Under the pieces are notes generated by a model. That model did not search any database. It worked only from the letters and a program-made list of their open reading frames with translations, and had not been told where the DNA came from. The position numbers and the translations under genes were made by a program. Positions 54,556 to 62,576 of a stretch of DNA of 64,000 nt are shown piece after piece. Source of the stretch: Candidatus Limnocylindrales bacterium (GTDB lineage Bacteria > Chloroflexota > Limnocylindria > Limnocylindrales > CSP1-4); contig JBBQJL010000002.1 in NCBI GenBank assembly GCA_038325875.1, positions 64,003-128,002 on the forward strand, given 5' to 3'. Each line of letters begins with the position of its first letter. Position 1 is the first letter of the stretch.

Positions 54556-55461
54556 TCAGCCCTTGGTCGAACCCAGGGTCAGCCCGCTGATGAACTGCTT
54601 CTGGGCGGCAAAGAACACGATCATCGTGGGCAGGGCCACGATGATCGCGCCGGCCGCGAGCAGGTTGTTGTCGACGAAGAAGTTGCCCTTGAGATTGTTC
54701 AGCGCCGAGGTGATCGGAAGTCGCTCCGATTTCGTCATGAGCAAGAGTGCCCAGAAGAAGTCGTTGTAGATCCAGGTCGTCTCGAGCACGGCGAGCGCAG
54801 CGAATGCCGGTCGGACGAGCGGCATGATCACTTTGTAGTAGATCTGGAAGACGCCGGCACCGTCGACGACGGCGGCCTCGGTGATCTCGTGCGGGATGGT
54901 CTTCATGTAGTTGCTGAGCACGAAGGTACAGAAGCCAAGCTGGAATGCGACATGGATCGCGATCACGCCGAAGTACTGGTCGTACCAGATGCCGTTATCG
55001 CTCAGCGGGGCCGGCAGCGGCAGGATCAGGAACATCCGGAAGAGCGGCGTGATGATGACCTGCTGCGGCAGCAGGTTGCCGGCGGTGAACAGCATCAGGA
55101 AGGCGAGGTTGAAGCGCCAGCTGAAACGCGAGATCGTGAACGCCGCCATCGAGGCGAGTAGCAGGGTCAGGAAGACGGCCGGGATGACCACGATCAGCGT
55201 GTTGACGAAGTACGTGCCGAGTTGCCCGGTGGTGAACGCCTTGATGTAGTTGTCGAGGTTGTAGCCCCCTCCGACCGATACGTACCCAAGGCGGGCCGTA
55301 TCCGCGTACGGCCGGAGCGACGTATACAACGCGTACAGCAGCGGGAAGAGCCAAACGACGGCCATCGAGAACAGGAACGCGTGGAGAACGACCCGCGTCC
55401 AGCGGATCCCGGCCTTCTTCTTTACCCGGACGGTGGCGACTTCGGCGCTGGCAGCGGTCAT
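54556..55461 (-). CDS. carbohydrate ABC transporter permease (MalG-like)
   Basis: It has 6 TM helices and the EAA loop EITEAAVVDGAGVFQIYYKVIMPLVRP. Confidence 0.9.
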   Translation of the reverse strand: MTAASAEVATVRVKKKAGIRWTRVVLHAFLFSMAVVWLFPLLYALYTSLRPYADTARLGYVSVGGGYNLDNYIKAFTTGQLGTYFVNTLIVVIPAVFLTLLLASMAAFTISRFSWRFNLAFLMLFTAGNLLPQQVIITPLFRMFLILPLPAPLSDNGIWYDQYFGVIAIHVAFQLGFCTFVLSNYMKTIPHEITEAAVVDGAGVFQIYYKVIMPLVRPAFAALAVLETTWIYNDFFWALLLMTKSERLPITSALNNLKGNFFVDNNLLAAGAIIVALPTMIVFFAAQKQFISGLTLGSTKG

Positions 55462-56423
55462 CGGGACTCCTCGCGCAACGTCCGAGTGAGGTAGAGGACG
55501 ATCGGGCCGACCGCGACCACGAGGAGGACTACCGCGATCGCGGACCCGAACCCGATCCGGCTGGCCTCGCCGATGATGTTGTTGGTGACCAGGACCGACA
55601 GCAGCTCGAGGCCGTTGAGGCCGCGATTGATGATGTAGGCGAGGTCGAACGCCCGGAGCGATTCGATGACGGTGATCACCAGGACCACGATGTTGATCGG
55701 CCGCATCACGGGGAACACGATCCGGAAGAAGGTCTGGACCTCCGTGGCTCCGTCGACCTTGGCCGCCTCACGGAGCGTCGGGTCGACACCCTTGAGACCT
55801 GCGAGGTAGAGGATCATCACGTAGCCGACCTGGCGCCAGCTTGCGAAGATGAGGATGGCCCACAGGTTCAGGCTGGAGTTGCCGAGCCAGTCCACGGGCT
55901 TCACCCCGAATGACCCCAGGACCCCGTTGACCAGGCCCTGGTCCGTCGAGAGGAAGAGCTGGGCGATGAACCCGACGATCGCCAACGACAGGACGACCGG
56001 CAGGTAGAGCGCACCCTGGTAGAACCGGGTGCCTCGGATCTCCTTGTCGAGGAGCACCGCGAAGAAGATCCCGAGCGGCGTCGCCACGAGCATGAAGAAC
56101 CCAAGCCAGATGAGGTTATGCGTGATGGCCGGCCAGAACGGCGGATAGGTAGTGACCAGCACGCGGTAGTTGTCGATCCCGACGAACCTGATCCGGTCGA
56201 GACCGCCGATCCCATTCCATGATGTGAACGAGAGCAGGACCGAGGCGAGCGTCGGGACCCAGACCAAGAAGACGTGGACGAAGGCAGGGATCCCGAGCAG
56301 GAGCGCAAGGACCCACATATCGCGGCGCGAGAGCAGCCCGCGATTCTTCTGGCGCTTGGAAGCGGGTGCAGCCCCGACCTCGGGCGAGGTCGGGGCTGCA
56401 GATCCGGCGACGTGAGACGTCAC
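55458..56423 (-). CDS. carbohydrate ABC transporter permease (MalF-like)
   Basis: It has the EAA loop LREAAKVDGATEVQTFFRIVFPVMRP. There is a 4-nt overlap with the downstream permease. Confidence 0.9.
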   Translation of the reverse strand: MTSHVAGSAAPTSPEVGAAPASKRQKNRGLLSRRDMWVLALLLGIPAFVHVFLVWVPTLASVLLSFTSWNGIGGLDRIRFVGIDNYRVLVTTYPPFWPAITHNLIWLGFFMLVATPLGIFFAVLLDKEIRGTRFYQGALYLPVVLSLAIVGFIAQLFLSTDQGLVNGVLGSFGVKPVDWLGNSSLNLWAILIFASWRQVGYVMILYLAGLKGVDPTLREAAKVDGATEVQTFFRIVFPVMRPINIVVLVITVIESLRAFDLAYIINRGLNGLELLSVLVTNNIIGEASRIGFGSAIAVVLLVVAVGPIVLYLTRTLREESR

Positions 56424-56456
56424 GACATTCGTTTCCGGTCGCAGCGGATCAGCGGA

Positions 56457-57845
56457 TCACTGCGCTGGAAGCGAGTCGTAAACGCCCTGGATCTTCTGCG
56501 TGTAGGCAGCAAGATCCTGGGATGGGTTCTTGATGAAGTCCTGCAGAAGGGCCTGCATGCCCTGCGCCCCGGCGAAGTCGGAGCGGGTGTCGCGGTCGAG
56601 ATACTGGGCGACCCCACCGGAGGCGCCGATGATCTCGGCCATCTTCTTCTGCTGCTCGGTGAACGTGCTGGTGTCGGTGACCTTCGAAGCGGGGATCTGG
56701 CTGTGATCCTCGCCGAGGAAGGCCAACTGCGCCTCGGGGGTCGCGAAGCAGGCCAGCATGGCCTTGGCGGCCGGCAGGTTCTTCGGCGCCTTGCTCAGGA
56801 TCCAGGCGTCGACCGGGGCGTCGATCCCGAGCTCGGCGTCGTACTGCGTGCCGAGGGTCGGGAACGGGAAGAAGTCGACGTCAGCCAGGTCGGCCGGCGG
56901 CACCTGCTGGGACGCGAACGTGCCCAGGAAATACATCGCGGCCTTGTTGTTGGCCCACGTCTGGGCGCCTTCCTGCCAGGTCCGACCGAGCGGATCAGGC
57001 TGGGTGTAGGGCAGGAGCTCGGCCCACTTCTTGAAGACGGCCTGGACCTTCGGATCGGTCCACTTCTCCTTGCCGGCCAGCAGGTCGGCGTGGAACTGGT
57101 AGCCGTTCACCCTCATGTTGAGGACGTCGAACGTGCCCATGGCCGGCCAGCCGTCCTTGTCGGCGAAAGCGAGCGGGATGATCCCGTCGCCCTGGATCTT
57201 CTTGGCCAGCGTGACGAACTCGTCCCAGGTCTTCGGGACGGTGTAGCCCTTCTCCTGGAAGAAGCTCTTCCGGTAGAGCACGACCCACGGGTAGGAGACG
57301 ATCGGCACCGCGTACTTCTTGCCGTCGTCACCTTGGGATGCCTTGGCCATGCCGTCCGTGTAGTTGGCGCCGATCGTCGCCCAGACATCGTCGATCGCCG
57401 TCAGCAGGCCGTTGCGGGCCGGGAACCGAAGCCGCTCACCGGTGAACCACTTGACGATGTCATCAGGCGTAGCCTGCATGAACGAGTTGAACTTGTCCTG
57501 GAAGTCGTTGTGGTTGGTGATCGAGATCGGCGCGGTGACCCCGGTCTTGGTCGTGCAGTAGTCGACCATCGCCTTGACTGACGCGGCCGGGACCTTCTCG
57601 TGCTCGTTCGAGCGGATCGTCGTTGCGCCGAGATCGGCAGAGGCGGGTGCCTCCGAGGCCTGCCCGGCGGAGGCGGGCGCCTGTGAGGCCGGCGCAGCGC
57701 TCGGAGCGCTCGATGCGCTCGATGAGCTACACGCGGAGAAGATAAGGGCGGCTGCCGACAGGCCCACCAACCCCCTGATCATGATGCGCCGGGTTCGGCG
57801 CGTACCCCCGGCGTCGATCGGCGCAGGGGTCATCGGAGCTGCCAT
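56457..57845 (-). CDS. sugar ABC transporter substrate-binding lipoprotein (SBP family 1)
   Basis: GGAGGAG RBS. It has a signal peptide with lipobox LIFSAC, a Ser/Ala-rich tether and a typical SBP_bac_1 body. Confidence 0.85.
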   Translation of the reverse strand: MAAPMTPAPIDAGGTRRTRRIMIRGLVGLSAAALIFSACSSSSASSAPSAAPASQAPASAGQASEAPASADLGATTIRSNEHEKVPAASVKAMVDYCTTKTGVTAPISITNHNDFQDKFNSFMQATPDDIVKWFTGERLRFPARNGLLTAIDDVWATIGANYTDGMAKASQGDDGKKYAVPIVSYPWVVLYRKSFFQEKGYTVPKTWDEFVTLAKKIQGDGIIPLAFADKDGWPAMGTFDVLNMRVNGYQFHADLLAGKEKWTDPKVQAVFKKWAELLPYTQPDPLGRTWQEGAQTWANNKAAMYFLGTFASQQVPPADLADVDFFPFPTLGTQYDAELGIDAPVDAWILSKAPKNLPAAKAMLACFATPEAQLAFLGEDHSQIPASKVTDTSTFTEQQKKMAEIIGASGGVAQYLDRDTRSDFAGAQGMQALLQDFIKNPSQDLAAYTQKIQGVYDSLPAQ

Positions 57846-57889
57846 GTTCTCCTCCAGTGCGGCCTTGGGTTCGCGTCAGCGACCAACAG

Positions 57890-57900
57890 AAACCGACACA
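57890..57900. promoter_or_regulatory. operator half 1 (AACCGACACAA) at the sugar-ABC promoter
   Basis: It is the exact reverse complement of 57994-58004. It lies just downstream of a minus-strand TTGACA (57938-57933), an 18-nt spacer and GACAAT (57914-57909). Confidence 0.5.
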
Positions 57901-57993
57901 ACCAAACGGATTGTCTGGTTCGCATACCGCTGTTGTCAAGATGCTGGGCCTCGATTCTGCCCAACGATGCTTCTTCTTGGTCGGATTCGTTGA

Positions 57994-58004
57994 CTTGTGT
58001 CGGT
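57994..58004. promoter_or_regulatory. operator half 2 (TTGTGTCGGTT) inside the deoR-family gene promoter
   Basis: It lies in the 16-nt spacer between TTGACT (57989-57994) and TGCAAT (58011-58016) on the plus strand. Confidence 0.5.
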
Positions 58005-58091
58005 TCAGTGGTGCAATCTTGACGGTGACATGACGGCCTCCGATCCGAGATCCATGACGGATACCGAGCGCATGAGCCGGCGAGGGTTCAC

Positions 58092-58964
58092 GTGCTAGCG
58101 CGCCAGCGCCAGGCGTACATCCTCGACCGGGTCCGCGAGGACGGTGGGGTGCGGGTGGCCGACCTCGTCCGCGAGTTGGGCGTGTCCGACATGACCATCC
58201 GCCGGGATCTCGAGTTGCTCCACGACCGGGGCCTCCTCGAGAAGGTCCACGGCGGCGCCACGGCCCGTGATGGGAGCGCCCTGTTCGAGCCTGGGTTCGC
58301 GGCCAAATCGGCGCTCCAACAGGGCGAGAAGGACGCGATCGCGGACGCGGCGGTCGGCCTGGTCGAGCCGGGGACCGCGATCGGGATCTCCGCCGGAACG
58401 ACGACCTACCGGATCGCCCGGCGCCTGGCCGACGTCGTGTCGCTGACCGTCGTGACGAACTCGCCGCGCGTCGCCGACGTCCTCCACGAATTCGGCCGCT
58501 TGGACCAGACGATCATCCTGACCGGCGGTGTACGGACGCCGTCGGACGCGCTGGTCGGTCCGTTCGCGGTCGCTGCCCTGCGCAGCGTCCACCTCGACCA
58601 GGTGTTCTTGGGCGTGCACGGGATGGACGAGCAGTCCGGGTTCACCTCGCCCAACCTCAACGAAGCCGAGACCGACCGGGCCCTGCTCCAGGCGGGCCGC
58701 CGGCTGGTCGTCGTGGCCGACCATTCCAAGTGGGGTATCGTCGGGCTGAGCTCGATCGCCCGACTGGACCAGGCTGATGTCCTGATCACCGACAACGGGA
58801 TCGACCCCATCGCGCGCGAGACCATCGAGGGCCACGTTCGGCGCCTCATCGTGGTCGAGCCCGAACCCAGCGACATCGTCGACGATGGATCCGCCGAGAG
58901 CGACTCGGCGTTCAGCCCGGCCGCTGTCGCCGTGGCGCCGGTGGCCGCTGGGCTCCATGGCTGA
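58092..58964 (+). CDS. DeoR-family transcriptional regulator
   Basis: It has the N-terminal HTH_DeoR (RQAYILDRVREDGGVRVADLVRELGVSDMTIRRDLELL) and a DeoR C-terminal sugar-phosphate sensor domain. GTG start. Confidence 0.9.
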   Translation: MLARQRQAYILDRVREDGGVRVADLVRELGVSDMTIRRDLELLHDRGLLEKVHGGATARDGSALFEPGFAAKSALQQGEKDAIADAAVGLVEPGTAIGISAGTTTYRIARRLADVVSLTVVTNSPRVADVLHEFGRLDQTIILTGGVRTPSDALVGPFAVAALRSVHLDQVFLGVHGMDEQSGFTSPNLNEAETDRALLQAGRRLVVVADHSKWGIVGLSSIARLDQADVLITDNGIDPIARETIEGHVRRLIVVEPEPSDIVDDGSAESDSAFSPAAVAVAPVAAGLHG

Positions 58965-60054
58965 AGCGGCTCTGTCCGGCCCGGACGAGATCGAGCCCGG
59001 GACCGACCTCGGCGAGCTGACCGCGCAGCCGCACCGCCGACACAACCCACTGATCGACGAGTGGGTCCTGGTCTCCATCGGGCGGACCCAGCGTCCCTGG
59101 CTCGGCCGGCACGACCCGCGTCAGGCGGATAGCCGCCCAGCCTACGACCCGAGCTGCTACCTGTGCCCTGGCAACACCCGGGCCAACGGCCACGTCAACC
59201 CGGCCTACGACGGGACGTTCGTGTTCGACAACGACTTCGCGGCGCTCCAGCCCGACTCTTCGGCCATCCGGGTCGAGGACGACCTGCTGGTCGCCGAGGG
59301 CGAGCCCGGCACCTGCCGGGTGCTGTGCTTCTCACCCCGCCACGATCTGACGATGGCCCGGATGTCACCGACCGACGTGCGGGCCACGATCGACATGTGG
59401 GCCGACCAGTCGACCGAGCTCGGCGAGCGGTACCGCTGGGTCCAGGTCTTCGAGAACCGAGGCGAGACGATGGGCGCCTCGAACCCCCACCCACACGGCC
59501 AGGTGTGGGCCGGCACCGCGCTGCCACGCGAGGCCGCGCGGGAGGACGACGGCCAGCGGCGTCGGTTCGCCGCGACCGGCCGATCGCTTCTACTCGACTA
59601 CGCCAGGCAGGAGCACGGCGGGCAGCGGGTCGTCGTCGAGAACGACGAGTGGCTGGTCGTCGTCCCGTTCTGGGCGGTCTGGCCATTCGAGACCCTGGTC
59701 ATCCCGAAGCGGGCGGTGACGCGCCTGGCGGACCTGGGCGATCCTCAGCGGGATGTCCTGGCGACTACCCTGATCGACCTCCTGAGCCGCTACGACAACC
59801 TGTTCCGGCAGCCGTTTCCATACTCGATGGGCTGGCACCAGGCGCCGTCGATCGACGGCGAGGTCGACCACTGGCAGCTCCACGCCCATTTCTATCCGCC
59901 GCTGCTCCGGTCGGCCACAGTCCGCAAGTTCATGGTCGGCTATGAGCTGCTGGCCGAGACCCAGCGTGACCTCAGCGCGGAGGAGGCGGCCGCCCGACTA
60001 CGCGCCGTGTCCCCGATCCACTACCTGCTCGACGGCGACCCGCCTTCCGGCTGA
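58957..60054 (+). CDS. galT: galactose-1-phosphate uridylyltransferase
   Basis: It has the zinc site CYLCPGN and the active-site HPHGQVW (His-Pro-His). ATG 58957 overlaps the DeoR stop by 8 nt. Confidence 0.9.
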   Translation: MAEAALSGPDEIEPGTDLGELTAQPHRRHNPLIDEWVLVSIGRTQRPWLGRHDPRQADSRPAYDPSCYLCPGNTRANGHVNPAYDGTFVFDNDFAALQPDSSAIRVEDDLLVAEGEPGTCRVLCFSPRHDLTMARMSPTDVRATIDMWADQSTELGERYRWVQVFENRGETMGASNPHPHGQVWAGTALPREAAREDDGQRRRFAATGRSLLLDYARQEHGGQRVVVENDEWLVVVPFWAVWPFETLVIPKRAVTRLADLGDPQRDVLATTLIDLLSRYDNLFRQPFPYSMGWHQAPSIDGEVDHWQLHAHFYPPLLRSATVRKFMVGYELLAETQRDLSAEEAAARLRAVSPIHYLLDGDPPSG

Positions 60055-60115
60055 CCCGTCCGGTTCCGGATGACTCGTCCGGCTACGATTGCGGCTTCAT
60101 GGATGGAGGCATTCG

Positions 60116-61537
60116 ATGAGGCTGTGGGGCGGTCGCTTCGCCGACGCGACCGACACGCGGGTCGCCGACTTCACTCGCTCGATCGAGATCGACTCGGCCC
60201 TGGCCCTCGACGACCTGACCGGGACGGTCGCCCACGTCCGCGGGCTCGGTCGGGCGGGCCTGCTCAGCGACGCTGAGGTCGAGGCGCTGGTGGCCGGGCT
60301 GGACGACCTGCGGGGCGAGGTCGAGGCCGACACGCTCGCCTGGGACCCGACCCTCGAGGACGTCCACCTCAATCTCGAGGCAGCCCTGACCGCGCGGATC
60401 GGACCGCTGGCCGGCAAGCTCCACACCGGCCGGTCGCGCAACGACCAGGTGGCCACGGACCTCCGCCTGTGGCTGCGTCGGACGATCGACGGCGTCGACG
60501 GCGAGGTCGTCGGGCTCGAGCGGGCCCTGGTCGGGCTGGCCGAGCGCGAAGGCGAGGCGGTCCTGCCCGGCACGACCCACATCCAGCCGGCTCAACCGGT
60601 CCTGTTCGCCCATCACCTGCTGGCCTACGTCGAGATGCTCGAGCGGGACCGCGGTCGGCTGGCCGACTGCCGCCGGCGGGCCAACGTGTCGCCCCTCGGG
60701 GCGGGCGCCCTGGCCGGGGCCGGCTACCCGCTCGATCGCGAGGCGACCGCGCGCGAGCTTGGCTTCGACGGCGTCAGCGCCAACTCGCTCGATGCGGTGT
60801 CCGACCGCGACTTCGCGGTCGAGTTCGTGGCGGCGGCCGCGCTGGCGATGGTCCACCTGAGCCGGTTCGCCGAGGAGCTGACCTGGTGGTCGAACTCGCG
60901 CTTCGGCTTCGTCCGGCTGGCCGACGCGTTCTCGACCGGCAGCTCGATGATGCCCAACAAGAAGAACCCTGATCCGGCCGAGCTCGTGCGCGGACGGGCG
61001 GCCCGGATCATCGGGTCGCTGACCGGGCTGCTGTCCCTGCTCAAGGGGCTGCCGCTGGCCTATCAGCGCGACCTCCAGGAGGACAAGCTGCCGCTGTTCG
61101 AGAGCGCGGCGACCCTCGAGGCCTCGCTCGGGATCATGGCCGGGATCGTCGACAGCCTGGCGGTGGACCCGGCCCGGATGCGGGCCGCGGCCGAGGAGGG
61201 GTTCATCACCGCCACCGCGGTGGCCGATTCGCTCGTCCGCCGGGGAGTTCCGTTCCGGGTCGCTCATCACGTCGTGGGGATGCTGGTCGCGGTCGCCGAT
61301 GGGCAGGGCATCGGGCTGGGAGACCTCGACGACGAGGCGATCCGTGACGCCCTCGCCCGGAGCGGCGACCCCGCGGCCGTCGCCCTGGCGGCGGATCCGG
61401 AGGTCGCGGCCGGGCTCCTTGCGGCGGCCGGGATCGATGGCGCGCTGGCGACGTGCGACGTCATCGGCGGGACGGCGCCCGTCCGGGTCGCGGCCGCGCT
61501 GGCCGAGGCTCGAGCGCGTCTCGACTCGCTCCCCTGA
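60116..61537 (+). CDS. argH: argininosuccinate lyase
   Basis: It starts MRLWGGRF and carries the fumarate-lyase signature GSSMMPNKKNPD. ATG 60116 is preceded by GGAGG. Confidence 0.95.
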   Translation: MRLWGGRFADATDTRVADFTRSIEIDSALALDDLTGTVAHVRGLGRAGLLSDAEVEALVAGLDDLRGEVEADTLAWDPTLEDVHLNLEAALTARIGPLAGKLHTGRSRNDQVATDLRLWLRRTIDGVDGEVVGLERALVGLAEREGEAVLPGTTHIQPAQPVLFAHHLLAYVEMLERDRGRLADCRRRANVSPLGAGALAGAGYPLDREATARELGFDGVSANSLDAVSDRDFAVEFVAAAALAMVHLSRFAEELTWWSNSRFGFVRLADAFSTGSSMMPNKKNPDPAELVRGRAARIIGSLTGLLSLLKGLPLAYQRDLQEDKLPLFESAATLEASLGIMAGIVDSLAVDPARMRAAAEEGFITATAVADSLVRRGVPFRVAHHVVGMLVAVADGQGIGLGDLDDEAIRDALARSGDPAAVALAADPEVAAGLLAAAGIDGALATCDVIGGTAPVRVAAALAEARARLDSLP

Positions 61538-61556
61538 GCTGAGGAGCACGACCGCG

Positions 61557-62555
61557 ATGCCCACCGACGATCGGTTCCTGGTGACCGGGGCGCTCGGCTG
61601 CATCGGGGCGTGGACGGTCCGGGAGCTCGTCCGGGAAGGGACGCCGGTGGTCGCCTTCGACCTGGCTGCCGAACCGCGGCGCCTCCGCCAGATCATGTCG
61701 CCAGACGAGCTGGCCGCGGTCACCTTCGCGACCGGCGACATCGCCGATGCCGCCGCGATCGAGCAGGTCATGGACGAGCACTTGATCACCCATGTCGTCC
61801 ACCTCGCCGCGCTCCAGGTCCCGTTCTGCCGAGCCGATCCGGCCCTCGGGGCGCGGGTCAACGTGGTCGGGACGGTCAACGTCTTCGAGGCGGCCAGGCG
61901 CCACCTGGAGCGCGTTCGCGGGCTGGTCTACGCCAGCTCGATCGCCGTGTTCGACGCGGCCGACATGGACCCGAGCAGCGGCGCCGTGGCCGATGACGCG
62001 GCCGCCCACCCGATGACCCACTACGGCGTGTACAAGCAGGCCAACGAGGGGACCGCCCGGATCTACTGGCGCGACGGCGGCCTGGCCAGTGTCGGACTCC
62101 GGCCGATGACGGTCCTCGGACCCGGTCGCGACCAGGGGCTGACCAGCGCCCCGACGAAGGCGATCGTGGCGGCGGTGCTCGGCCGCCCGTTCGAGATCGG
62201 GTTCAGTGGCCGAACCCTGTTCCAGTACACCGCCGACGTCGGGCGGACGATGATCGGCGCCGCTCGGAGCGGGCTGGACGGGGCGCGGATCTTCAACCTC
62301 GGCGGGTCGTCGGCCACCATCCCGGAGGTCGTCGCGGCGATCGAGGCAGCCGTCCCCGGCGCAGCCGACCTCATCTCGATCAGCGGCGACCCACTGCCGT
62401 TCCCGGACGACATCGACGCGTCCGGGATGACCGCGCTCGGGCCGCAGCCGATCACCCCGATCGACGAGGCCGTCGCCCTGACCGCCGACCTGTTCCGCCG
62501 GCTTCAGGCCGAGGGTCGGCTCGACCCGGTCGAGCAGGGTCTCCCGGCTGGCTGA
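61557..62555 (+). CDS. NAD-dependent epimerase/dehydratase family (extended SDR) protein
   Basis: It has the Rossmann motif VTGALGCIGAW and the catalytic YGVYK. GAGGAG RBS. Confidence 0.8.
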   Translation: MPTDDRFLVTGALGCIGAWTVRELVREGTPVVAFDLAAEPRRLRQIMSPDELAAVTFATGDIADAAAIEQVMDEHLITHVVHLAALQVPFCRADPALGARVNVVGTVNVFEAARRHLERVRGLVYASSIAVFDAADMDPSSGAVADDAAAHPMTHYGVYKQANEGTARIYWRDGGLASVGLRPMTVLGPGRDQGLTSAPTKAIVAAVLGRPFEIGFSGRTLFQYTADVGRTMIGAARSGLDGARIFNLGGSSATIPEVVAAIEAAVPGAADLISISGDPLPFPDDIDASGMTALGPQPITPIDEAVALTADLFRRLQAEGRLDPVEQGLPAG

Positions 62556-62576
62556 GCGCCGCCGCGACGATCGGCC

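Noticed and set aside
60083-61879. A 598-aa minus-strand ORF opposite argH.
   Set aside because: argH carries the exact fumarate-lyase signature on the plus strand. The antisense product is low-complexity.
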